Below are positions 26,901 through 38,238 of a stretch of DNA of 64,000 bases, piece by piece (position 1 is the first letter of the stretch; the number at the start of each line of letters is the position of its first letter). The stretch is from Perna viridis (Eukaryota). The stretch covers positions 26,908,001 to 26,972,000 of the forward strand of contig CM074514.1 of the NCBI GenBank assembly GCA_037379345.1. The letters are read 5' to 3'. The notes below the pieces were generated by a model that searched no databases, was not told where the DNA came from, and worked only from the letters and a program-made list of their open reading frames with translations. The position numbers were made by a program, and so were the translations under genes.

Positions 26901-29900
26901 CAATCTTAGTCAATTTTCTATAGATAATCTTCAAAATGTATCTATAAATAGCAATATGGGTAACAGATTACCTGTTCAAAACCAAAATAATAGTATTTAT
27001 AGTAACCAGGGTGGTAGACATCCTATCGGTAATTCTCAACAACCAAATCCTCAGTCAAATAGTGCTAATACATATGTGCCACGGACAAGCAATGTTTATA
27101 ACTTTACTAACAATGTTCCTCAACAAAGTGTATCAAATGGGTATGTGCCATCTAGTGTTGGAAATAACTATAATCCTGCTTATGTTCCAACAAGTTATGT
27201 GAATCAGAATATACCATTACATCCAGTGAACCAAAACATTCCACCACAGTCAGTAAACAATACCATGTCGTCTGCTGCAGGATACTTCGGCAATTCTTCT
27301 ATGTTATCAGATATACCAACAGATATTAAACAAGCTGTTTACTCTCAGGTGAGTATATTATTGGGTTAACATGTGCATGTATTTTGTATTTGATTGAAAA
27401 TTGATTGAAGATTTGAATACAGTAAAACCTGTCGAAAATGAACCTTTTTTGGACATTAAATTTTTTTTTGTTTTAGGTAGGTGCTTGTTTTCCCAAGGTT
27501 CAAAATACATGAAGATTTATTGTGAGGGTCTTAAAAAGTTGACTTGTTTAGACAGTATTTCTGATTTTCCAGGGTTTGGTTTGGACAGGTTTTACTGCAT
27601 TATCTTAGTCCAAAACCCCTCAATGTTTTTTTTTCTTTAGCTTTGGGCTTACCGAATTTGAGGCAGATGTATTCATTTGAGGACTCAAATCATAGCCCAG
27701 GTTCAATGAGTTATCTTAGTACCTCTTGAATTAAACTTTCTGACCTTACATGTAGTAACAGCATTTCATTTCATCATACTTGTGAACATGGAAAGCTAAA
27801 CACTTATCATATGGTATGCAAAATATGCAAAATGTCATTTACAAAATGTACATGTATTCAGTGCATTTGAGAGAATTCAACCTGTTTTTTTTAGGCATTG
27901 TGGAGGGGGGCTTTGAGAATTGTTGATAGATCTATGCTAAGTAGGTTAGTTTCGTTTTTTTATTATTTTTTTTTTTATTACCTGTTTATTCTCATTTTTT
28001 AGTGTGAGGTCACACTTAAAATTTGATTGGACAGTGAATAAATTTGAATTGTCTAGAAGCCATAAAAAAACCATGACCATTTGCTGAGATGGAAATATTC
28101 TTACTTATCAGTCATAAATATCTCAAATATTGAAATTAATATTTAAAATGCCCTGGATTATCTGTTCAAAAATCATTTAAAAGAGGAATTTTTATTAATT
28201 AAGAAAACAGATGCAACAGATTTTGAGTTAGCTTTTAGGATTCTAAGTAAGTTAAATCTTGAAGTGTTCAGAAAAAAGAACAGATTTAGCATGAGAGCTT
28301 TATTTAACACTACTTTTCACTACAAAACTACAAAATCATGTTCACTTTTGTATGATGTTATAATATTTCAGCAAATGCCAGGCAGTTCTACTCAACAGAA
28401 ACAGTTTACTTATATATCTAGTCCAAGTCTGTACTTCAATCCTAAGGATAGGGATACTGAGTCTGATATTAGTACATTTAGTAAAGGAACACCCAAACAG
28501 TCACTCAAGTTTAACCACTCAACACCATCACCAAAAACATACAAACCAGTTGTCCACTCTCCTGTGAAGGAGGTACAGAATGCATGGACAAGTTCAGCTG
28601 TTGTTTACCCTGATGAGGTACAGTGAACTAAATTTTAACTTTTTAGAATTTATTTTGTTAATTACAAAAAATGTGGGTGTAGAAATATTGGGGAAAAATA
28701 TCACAAAAAATGTGGTAAAGGTTCCCATAAGGTACTTTGTAATGTCATAAAATAACATTTTTGATGTGTTATCATTTTTATTATACATGTACTAATAGAT
28801 ACATTAAGTAGCAGTCTTTCTAAAAATCAGACAGATGGTGATTAATGCATGTCAAAACCCACCAAATTCTGTATTATTTCTTGTTCAGAAACAGTCACTG
28901 ATCACATAATCAGTCTTTGTTTTTTCATTCGGTTGTTGCACTTTTGAGATAAGAATTATGTAGATTGTACATGAAATTTGCACTTCAGAAGAGTTATTGT
29001 TCTTGATTTGGCATCATTTGGTTGATTTTAGTGGGAGATGAATGTATGATTTTCTAAAAAGTGCAGATCTGACTGCAGAAAAGATTAATGTTATGTGAAA
29101 GTATAGCATATATAGACTGAAAAAGCATTGTTCGTTTGGTGGGTTTTTCTCCACCATTAATCACTTTACTATTGGCATTGTCTGAATTTTATGTGGACTA
29201 GTACTTAATAGCTTGATCTGGTTGATTCTAACTTTGCTTGATTTTCTGTTAATGCTATATTTACTACTAAAAAGTACAAATTGTTTGAAAAAATTGCTAG
29301 AGAGTCAAATATTAACTTGCATGTTTAATGGAGGTGGAAAATCACATTAAATTAAAAACTTTTAATTTTATTTTGTAGGCATTTGAACCAAGATTACAGC
29401 CATGTTATGACAGATTAACAGCTTGTGCTAAAGGCTACCTCACTCGACGTTTACTGTGTACAGAGAAAGTTCAGGAGATCATTAAAACTATTAATGTATG
29501 TAATTTGTGTAGCTTTAATTCTCATTTTCATGATTAATAATTTTGTTTTAAGAGATGCTAATTTCAAATGGTTGAAACAGATATATATTTACAATAGCAT
29601 GATACATAACTGAAAATATGGAGAAGATATGTAACAAAGCCCAAAAAGTAAATGCCAATCTGAAATTTGGTCCTATCACAGCACAGTCCAGCGTTTAACT
29701 CTAGTTACACATTGATATAAACTTTTTTAAAAGTGCTAAAGAATAGAGCCAATATTGTTAAAGAAATGAATTACACCCCATGTTAAAGCTGGATGGAATA
29801 TAGTGATCAGTTTTACAAACGAAGAACTTAATTTTGACACATTTCTTTCCACAATGCTTTAAGGACAAGCAATGAATGGACTTTTTTCTTTGTTACAGGA

Positions 29901-32900
29901 TACCAAGAACTTTGCTAGAAGCTTTCAGCAAGAGACTCCCATTAAAAGAGGACAGGTCAATAACCAGGACAGAGATTTATTAGACAGAATTATTGCTCAG
30001 GTGGACTTTAACTTCAGTGGTTATGAATATCATACCATGCATTGCTCTGAAATAAAAATCAACTTTAATATGAATTCTAAGACTACCTTGTAAATGATTG
30101 TACATTCTAATTTTCGGTATTTTGTTTAATAGGTCTACTGCGATCATTTATCCATTATAAATAAAGTGATAAATTTTAGACAAAACTAAAGAATCTGTGT
30201 ATATTTTTAACACTAACAATCTTTTTCTTGTTATTTTAGTATAAACATTTATATGAATTATCATATGAAGATATGCATACCAAGTTTTGGCAAAATCAAT
30301 GCATATTGTTTAAAACTTTGTGAGCAGTAAAACTCAAAACTTCACAAAATTTTGAACTGAAATTTGGTATGTACATATATAAGTTACTATATGAAGATGT
30401 AAATATTACACATCCTGGTAATTCTTTTTTCACAATCATTGATTAACTCATAACATTTAGTTAGAATGCTTTCTAAAAAATCTTGAAAACATTTGGAAAT
30501 TTCTACAATATTTCAGTTATAGTATGATTTCTATAACTGACTTTTAAGATTCTTTATATCACGTTGTGACAGTTAATAACAAATTTCTATTGTTGTATGA
30601 CAATGAGGACTTTCAGTCTCATGAGAAAGACCTATTTGTGTTTACAGTTGCAGGCGGCTTTGCTAGATATTCATGAGATTTTCTTTGATGTACCAGTGTG
30701 GGAGAGAATGCAGTTTATAGCACATGATAGACAGTTACGAGAGGAGAGACGTCTCCGGGAGAGTGTAGGTCTAATGCTAATGAAACTTTGTAGATCTTCC
30801 TGGTAAACTTATTTGGGTCATAAGTTTGTTAATACTATTTGAATGAATTGTATATTGAAGAATGTTACATGAATCACATTTTTTCCATGACTAGTAACTT
30901 AAAGAATAAATTAAGTAAAACGAATACTTTTTGGCTGGTATATGTCTTACATATATATATGTGTTTTACAGGGAGCTACAGCGAGGTCTAGTGTGTCGTC
31001 ATCACAGCCGAGGATTAGTTCTGCTACTCTCAAAGCCATGGAAAGGAAAAGAAAAGCACAGTATCCTTTTAATACAATCATCAAATTTGTTTTTAAATAT
31101 TGATGTTTAACAACTTGAATTATTCTCTTCAACAATTTCTTATTTCTCAATCTAATTAAAATTAGACTTCACCTTTTGCAGGATAGAAATAACTAATCTA
31201 TTTAAAGATTACACCTATCAATTGTTCCAGTGACTGAATTTAACAGTTGATGGGTGTATTTCCTTTAAATAGATTGCTTATTTCTATACCTCAAAAGGTG
31301 AAGTCAAAATGACTGAAATATGTGACTCAAGTGAACTACCAATGTAGATTATTTTTTTACAAAGGTCCTTTTTTCAGTGTTTACACAGACAATTAGGTAT
31401 TTGTTACAAGATAGTTTTGGGTCATGCAATTTATTTTGTGCTACATGTTACATATTTTATTGTCATAGGCAGTATATTTTCTACATGAGATGTTCCTTAA
31501 CATTTCACAGGGAAGCCGAGTCAGCTGTATTTGGTGACATTAGACCTCAGACTGCACCCTCAGGTGCTCATAGATCTCAACAGAGTGAAGATTTTAGGTT
31601 TGTAAATTATTGTACTTAGCTGAACAGGAATTATTATAACACCATGAACCAAAATGTGTAGGTCAAATAATGGTTTACATTTATTCTCTTTCATTAAATC
31701 CACACTCTAGGAGTAGGTGGTATTATTTAATCACTTAATGGATAATTGATTTCAAAATTGGTACAAATGTATGTGGTTTTATATAGATGGGGCATATGTT
31801 GTGATTTTGGTTGGTGTCATTGTTGGCACATTTGCATATAAAACTATTTGACTTGTGAAAAGCTTCTGATTAGTTGTTCATTTGTTTTATCAGGAATATT
31901 TATTTAATTAGACTTTTGGTTCAATTTAAGCATACTCTCTCTTTCTCCAACAAAGAGTTTACAATGTATATAGGATTTTCTTTTCTGTTTTTCTTTCAGT
32001 ATATTTAAATATTCCATTGGTTTATGTAAATTAGACTGATGCATATAGTCACCATTACAATTGATACTATTAAAATTTGGCCACTATCTCATTCTGGTTC
32101 ACTAGTTAATCAATGTATTCTTTTGCACTTATATATTTTGGTCATGTACTCTTTCTAATTAGTTCTATAAATCATATTCAAAAGTTTCATATTTTAAACT
32201 TAGGCTTCCTTTTCCCAGTGTTTTTTTTTGTCTTATTGAAATAACAACCGGTTCACTTAAACAACTTGTGCAGATCCATTCATTCTACATAACATTCCAT
32301 TGCCTTTGTTGTATGGACTTTCTGTATTTAGTTTTACCTCGGTACATGTGGTAGATGTATGGACTTTCTATAGTTAGTTTTACCTGAGTACATGTTGTAG
32401 ATGTATGGACTTTCTGTAGTTAGTTTTACCTCAATACAGTCCCCTTTCTATTGGATATTTACTTTAATTTTACCCCCTTTTACTGTTATGATACCATGCC
32501 TGGTTTTATGATACCATGTCTAGTATTATGTGCTTCTTTAATGCTATTGATGACCTAATATGAAAACTTGAACTTTAAGTCAATTTTAGTCAGTTTGACT
32601 TTTGCTTAGCCGACATTTTGAATAGCTTTATTAAAAGGTTTGAATCAATAGTGAAATGCTGCATAATCTTTAACCAAAAATAACAGCTAAAAAATGTGCA
32701 TGCAGTTAGTCATGTAACCCTGCTTATTAACCCCTTATGATTTCAGTGGACCTTTGAGAAGACATTTCCAATATCTTTTAGCCAGAGCACTACATACTTC
32801 AACTCAGTCTGGCAATATGACTGCAAGGTACCTTCATCATCCACAAACATAATTTCACTGTTTTGGACATACCTCACTCATTCATTCAATGATATATCTT

Positions 32901-35900
32901 TACTGATTAGGTTTGATTCACTTTCTCATTGTCAGTTCATGCACCTCATGGTACTAAGTTTATAAAATCATGATCTTGAGATGTAATATTTGTTCAAGAG
33001 ATGTTTTATATCTTCTTCCAGAAAAGAGTATTTTGTGCTATAAACTCAAATAAATAAATAAAAGAGTAAAAGATCATGAGGTTAGCATTTTTCAACACCC
33101 ATATACCCGTTGATAACAAATGTTATGGAGATATTATCTTGACAGTGCACCCATAAATCTTGTAAGCCCAACTCCTTACTCCTTAACAATTTAATAGAAT
33201 TCAGTAAATCATAACATGAAGGTTGGGAATGATAGTTATGTAGATTTTCATGAAATTAGATGATGTCATTGGATGTTGCAAAGGGAGATAATTCAACTGT
33301 CTATTTGTCTACTATTTCTCTGTTTTGATCATACATAATGAAACTCCTTTCACTTGAAGCAAAGTATATTCTCTTGCTGAGTTTGGCACTGTGTGTGTTT
33401 CTAGATTGTTTTTTCAACCAAACCTACATCGGTTTTTTTTTAGCTTGGCTAGGGCATAAACAGTTAGATGACATCTTCATTATTACTAATTCACCTTCAC
33501 TTGACATCAGTTATTATAACACGAGTTAGCAATAAATACTGTGCCAGAAGCTAATTGATTTTGGTCTTATATTTTTCCTTTATATAGTGAATTATAAATT
33601 AAAAGCAATTTATTTTTGCATGAAAGATTAAATGATTCGACTTAATTTTAAGCATAATTCATTCTCACAAAATTTGTCCTTTGGATAAGTCTTATTTTAA
33701 CATCTTTTATTGGAGCAAATATGGAGTTTAGAATTTGACGAATAGAAAAAAGCTTTAAACTATTCTGTTTGGCAACCTTTAGACAAAAAATGCTTCTTGC
33801 ATTTATAGACAACATTAGAAAAAAGGTTTTTGTTTATTTTTCAAAAAACAGATCAGACTTTTTTCTGCTTTCATTTGGGATTGAGCTGTTTCCATTACAT
33901 GTACTATTCTTGTTTAACTATATATATATTTACTGACGAGTTAGTCAGTTTTGGCTTTGGTTGTTGACTTTATAAGATTAGGTCTGTGAAAAAAAGTTGA
34001 TTCTGTTAATATATATTAAAATTTCAACTGACATGTCTGTTTGTCATTTTACCAGGTTGGTTGTGTTATTTATAGTTCCTAATAATGTCATTCATGTATC
34101 TTCTCTTGTCCCTTATGTACGGAGGACTTACAGCAGAAAAAAGACACTTTAAAGTTTAGCACATGTATTTCTTGCAGGCTTCTTAGAACTACTGGTAGTG
34201 ATGACTGCCAGTCATTTGAAAGACAAAATTGACTGATTAGCTGATAAATTGATAACTTGCACGGTTGAGTTTTATTCACCATACATTCGATCCTGTTTCT
34301 GCCATTTGTCCCAACTTAAAACCACAGTTGGTTTAACAGAATGAGGTTGTCTGTTGAGACATAGCGGACAGATTTGAATGTTAAATGTTTTTGTTTAAGA
34401 ACCCAGAAATTTCATGAGTAACTAATCAGTTGCTGCTGTACAGTGCTGGCATTTCTCTATAAAATATATAATACATGGTGTTTCTATTGCAGGTCACAGC
34501 AATTTGTCCAGCATAATACTACTTCACACAGTGGCAATACAACATCAAGGTAATCATTCAATCGTAAAATTGTGTTAAAGATAGTTAGTAGCAGTATTTG
34601 TTAAATTAAAAGGTTAGAAATACATATGGCATTGAGCAAACAAAAAGAACATGTCAGTCTGTATGATGTATCTTAATTGAATACACAAGTTTTTTGCCTA
34701 CTATAATACCCATGCTTCCCATCCTCTACTTGCAATTTTTTTAAATCTCCTGTATTTGTGTATTTTTCTTTTAAAAATCCTCCATTTCCAGAATAAAAAC
34801 CAGACCTAAAACAGCACCATCCCAACCTGTTCATCACCAACCATCAACACAACCAACCAACCATCCAGCTACTCAACATCAACCAACTTCTCAACCATCT
34901 AGTCGTTCATCCAGTCATCAGCAACAAGCAACAACCGTGACTGCAGCTGCTAAAACCAGGAAAACAGCCAACAGTGGTAGGTTTTATCCTGGTCCTGTTT
35001 CTATTCTATTAGATTATAAATAGTAGTCATGTTTCAGTATGTTAGCTAGTTATTTTGTCACCATGTTATCTAATGGAAGAATGCACTCTGTTGAGCTTAA
35101 CTTCTCACAGTGTTGAGATATTCAATATTTTATGATATTTTTTTTTACTAAAAATAGCTGAAAAATGTTATACTTGTATCAAATAATTCACTATAAATTT
35201 ATAGATATTCCTGGTTTTATTTTTTGCCTTTTTTACCGTCTTGAGCAAAAAATGCATTCAGTTATATTTTTGCAATATTGAGAAAAATCATGTTTCAGTA
35301 ATGCCAGTGTAAATTATAGCAATAACTATCTAATCTCAACTTTCACAACAATATAAACATCACAATAATTTTGAATTATCTGTTACTACAAGTAAGTATG
35401 AATATAACTGTACTTGTGTTAAAAGAGCATGTTAAATGCTTATTACAAGCAAAGCTGTCAAAGTAAAAAAGGATTCTAAAATTCTGTTTGATTAGCTATA
35501 ACAAGATACAGAAAAAATGAGGTAAAAGTGTTTGAATAAGTAATTAAACTGCTTTCAACTGTCAAATGTCATCCAATTGCCATAAACCAAATTTTTTTGT
35601 TTGGCATTTTAATTGATTAATGTATAGTAGCTAGATGAAGTGGTTAATACCACAAGTAGTAATCAGTACACTGAGGCTTCATTTCAGGGATGATTTTTTT
35701 TCACTTTGAAAGCAGATTTCTGCTTTTTACCTTCATCTTCATTTTACAGTAAATTTACTTCCCCCTCCCCTGCTGTTCCTTGTAAAATCATCCTTGTTTG
35801 TTTGCCTGTCTGAACTAATGTAGGTCCATGTTGATTCTCAGTCTGCCCTACATGTAGTTATCATATATTTGATTTGGTTTTCCTTTTTTTTTCCCCGTTT

Positions 35901-38238
35901 GATGGCGTCAGATCTTTATTAAACTTGGTACAATGAACATCGCTATCATAACTTTGAAAATACATGTGTATTTATTTTTTATGGTTCTCTGAATAGTATG
36001 GAGTAAGATTTTAGTATGATACCATCTCATGTACCTTTTTTTTTAACTGATTCTTTCTGTGGAATTAACCACTGCCCTTTTAAAGCTAACACCATGAATG
36101 GTTCTTTCTGTGGAATTAACCACTGCCCTTTTAAAGCTAACACCATGAATGGTTCTTTCTGTGGAATTAACCACTGCCCTTTTAAAGCTAACACCATGAA
36201 TGGTTCTTTCTGTGGAATTAACCACTGCCCTTTTAAAGCTAACACCATGAATGGTTCTTTCTGTGGAATTAACCACTGCCCTTTTATAGCTAACACCATG
36301 AATGGTTCTTTCTGTGGAATTAACCACTGCCCTTTTAAAGCTAACACCATGAATGGTTCTTTCTGTGGAATTAACCACTGCCCTTTTAAAGCTAACACCA
36401 TGAATGGTTCTTTCTGTGGAATTAACCACTGCCCTTTTAAAGCTAACACCATGAATGGTTCTTTCTGTGGAATTAACCACTGCCCTTTTAAAGCTAACAC
36501 CATGAATGGTTCTTCCTGTGGAATTAACCACTGCCCTTTTAAAGCTAACACCATGAATGGTTCTTTCTGTGGAATTAACCACTGCCCTTTTATAGCTAAC
36601 ACCATGAATGGTTCTTTCTGTGGAATTAACCACTGCCCTTTTAAAGCTAACACCATGAATGGTTCCTTGGTTTCATAACTAAGTCAATTAATATGTGTCC
36701 CCTGAAGAAATAACATTTGTTTTACTTCCAATTTCCATGACTTTCAGATTATTAATTAAAATTCTGTATGTATACTACAAATACTTGCAAATTTATAAAT
36801 GCAATGTGTGTAATTTTATTAATATAAATAAGCTATGAGGAGAGAAGAACAATGCAGATGAGTGTAGGGTTTTATATTGAATTTTGGGGTGTGCTTATTT
36901 TCATTTGGTTCTTGGTGAGTGTACTACTAACCAAGTTTTAATCAAGGGGTTTTAGTCCAGTCAAAATAAGTTTTAAAGTTAAAAAAATTGCAACAGAAAA
37001 TGTTTTGATTAAAATATGTAGTATTATGACCCAAGTAAACTCAGAAAAAGTTTAACAAAATCTAATCTGTGGAAACCTCAAAATATGCATTTCAAATTTC
37101 CTATGGGAATTTACATTGGATAGGGAAGATAACTCTGTGAAAATAATGTTTTTTGACAGATTTCTGTACTTTCTTTTTCAATTTCCTGTATAGTATGATT
37201 CTTAGATTGACATTTTTTCCTTATTGACTCTCTTCTATAATATTCTGCACATGATATGTAATATTTTGAATTAGGATAGGTACATTTAAGTTTTTGGGAA
37301 ATTTTCAATTACAGAAAATGCTTATTTTCAGTAACTTCTGTCATTTTGAATTTAAAAAAAAATTGTATTGTTTATTCTGCATGCTATTTATCAGCTGTTT
37401 TGCCTTTGTTAAAAGAATCTTTTAACCACAAAAAGTAGAATATTTACTCCATCATTTTCATCAAAACTGAAATTTTTGAACTTCATTACCTCAAAAAATG
37501 AACATAAGATTTACTATTTAATTTCTAAATCTTAAGTTGTTGTTTGGTTTATGATACAAAAACTTTTTTTAAGTTGTTGATGATCCTCTAATCAATGCTA
37601 AAATGTCTAGTATCACCATATTTTATTTATCAGAGAAAGCATAATTATGATTTGTATCTAATTTTGTTGTTATATCAGTCATTTTGGGAGACTTATCTCC
37701 CCTTTCAAATGGCAGTTTCAATAGGAAATTTGAAATGGTTATTTTGAGGTTTTCTCTCATTAGATCTAGCTGGACTTTTTTCTGTGCTTATTTTGGTCAT
37801 AATGCTATAGCTTAGAATTTAAATATCTTCTGTTGCAATTTGTTAGATTTAAAGGCAAAATTTTGATAGATTGACTGGACTATTTGGTTTAAAGAACATC
37901 TTGTATCTCTCATGTTTTATTTTGATTGTTCAATAATCTTTCTATTAATTATTCTCAAATATTGTTCTAGAAGATAACAATATGTATAAAGGTATGTTTT
38001 AATGAAAAATTCATATTATTAAACATTGAAAAAAAAATGGAACAAAATGATATGGCCAATCTTCAAAACTAATTTCTTTTTTTTTTATATGAAAGAGAGA
38101 AAAAGAAAGATTTATTACTTTTGAATATATGGTATGAGTAATGAAGACTTTTTCCTATTTATTTTTCTAGGAAAGTCAAACACGTCGTCCTCGACAGTTG
38201 CCCCAAAGAAGAAAAAGCCAGGAAAGGCATGGCGGTGA
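20802..38238 (+). CDS. CCP110: Centriolar coiled-coil protein of 110 kDa (CP110), ~1524 aa if all exons are included. Exons 20802-20936, 21244-21372, 22426-22488, 24250-27348, 28372-28617, 29379-29495, 29899-30000, 30648-30764, 30972-31060, 31511-31597, 32747-32827, 34493-34549, 34792-34976, 38171-38238
   Basis: N-terminal SVIKFNGVPILPPV|MTPKKREEMLTYRRQA...VAKVQSIVAEVE and C-terminal DRLTACAKGYLTRRLLCTEKVQEIIKTIN|DTKNFARSFQQETPIKRG...DRIIAQ|LQAALLDIHEIFFD...ERMQFIAHDRQLREER|...ISSATLKAMERKRK match the conserved CP110 blocks (CEP97-binding N-terminus, IQ-like calmodulin-binding C-terminal region). Exon phases close into one ORF of 4575 nt. Confidence 0.93.
21244..21372 (+). CDS. CCP110: CP110 coding exon 2 (coiled coil)
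   Basis: 129 nt, MTPKKREEMLTYRRQAMKLENRRKFKQRERLVAKVQSIVAEVE; ttgtag| and |gtaata. Confidence 0.92.
22426..22488 (+). CDS. CCP110: CP110 candidate 63-nt symmetric (cassette) exon
   Basis: tttacag|KEFALKSRSRLPRTARISELI|gtatgt; phase 0-0, open frame, GC-richer than flanks. Confidence 0.6.
24250..27348 (+). CDS. CCP110: CP110 giant exon (3099 nt, 1033 codons), mostly disordered with a Q/E-rich coiled coil
   Basis: Corresponds to the 1046-aa ORF; acceptor tttttcag|GAC and donor CAG|gtgagt. Confidence 0.94.
27420..27597. mobile_element. Tc1/mariner-type MITE
   Basis: TA|CAGTAAAACCTGTC ... GACAGGTTTTACTG, 14-bp perfect TIR. Confidence 0.75.
28372..28617 (+). CDS. CCP110: CP110 exon
   Basis: tttcag|QMPGSSTQQ...VYPDE|gtacag, 246 nt; possible alternative in-frame donor at 28572. 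Confidence 0.85.
29379..29495 (+). CDS. CCP110: CP110 exon with IQ-like AKGYLTRR motif
   Basis: AFEPRLQPCYDRLTACAKGYLTRRLLCTEKVQEIIKTIN; ttgtag| and |gtatgt. Confidence 0.95.
29899..30000 (+). CDS. CCP110: CP110 exon
   Basis: DTKNFARSFQQETPIKRGQVNNQDRDLLDRIIAQ, 102 nt. Confidence 0.95.
30648..30764 (+). CDS. CCP110: CP110 exon
   Basis: LQAALLDIHEIFFDVPVWERMQFIAHDRQLREERRLRES, 117 nt. Confidence 0.95.
30972..31060 (+). CDS. CCP110: CP110 exon preceding the U12 intron
   Basis: GATARSSVSSSQPRISSATLKAMERKRKA; ends at |GTATCCTTTT. Confidence 0.9.
31061..31510 (+). other. U12-type (minor spliceosome) GT-AG intron, 450 nt
   Basis: 5' splice site GTATCCTTTT; branch point TTCCTTAAC at 31493-31501, 9 nt before the intron end (AG at 31509-31510); no long polypyrimidine tract; frame is preserved. 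Confidence 0.93.
31165..31305. mobile_element. Palindromic MITE-like foldback inside the U12 intron
   Basis: GACTTCACCTTTTG...ATAGAAATAA..AATCTATTTAAAG..TACACCTATCAA pairs with TTGATGGGTGTA..CTTTAAATAGATT..TTATTTCTAT..CAAAAGGTGAAGTC. Confidence 0.8.
31511..31597 (+). CDS. CCP110: CP110 exon following the U12 intron
   Basis: EAESAVFGDIRPQTAPSGAHRSQQSEDF; donor AG|gtttgt. Confidence 0.85.
32311..32432. repeat. Tandem repeat, ~3 x 45 bp
   Basis: GTATGGACTTTCTGTAGTTAGTTTTACCT repeated three times. Confidence 0.85.
32747..32827 (+). CDS. CCP110: CP110 81-nt phase 2-2 exon
   Basis: tttcag|GPLRRHFQYLLARALHTSTQSGNMTA|gtacct. Confidence 0.65.
34493..34549 (+). CDS. CCP110: CP110 57-nt phase 2-2 exon
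   Basis: ttgcag|SQQFVQHNTTSHSGNTTS|gtaatc. Confidence 0.65.
34792..34976 (+). CDS. CCP110: CP110 penultimate exon (Q/P/S/T-rich)
   Basis: ttccag|IKTRPKTAPSQPVHHQP...KTRKTANS|gtaggt. Confidence 0.82.
36051..36665. repeat. Minisatellite, 12 x 51 bp, nearly perfect, in the last CP110 intron
   Basis: Unit TTCTTTCTGTGGAATTAACCACTGCCCTTTTAAAGCTAACACCATGAATGG; only 3 substitutions (copies 5, 10, 11). Confidence 0.98.
38171..38238 (+). CDS. CCP110: CP110 last coding exon
   Basis: ttctag|GKSNTSSSTVAPKKKKPGKAWR*; phase 1 fits the previous exon. Confidence 0.8.

Noticed and set aside
36016-36678. Three long ORFs (220, 209, 196 aa) across the 51-bp array; superficially like a CRISPR array or repeat protein
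   Set aside because: Unit length is a multiple of 3 and lacks stops in several frames, so the ORFs are a by-product. There are no unique spacers, no cas genes, and the context is a eukaryotic intron.
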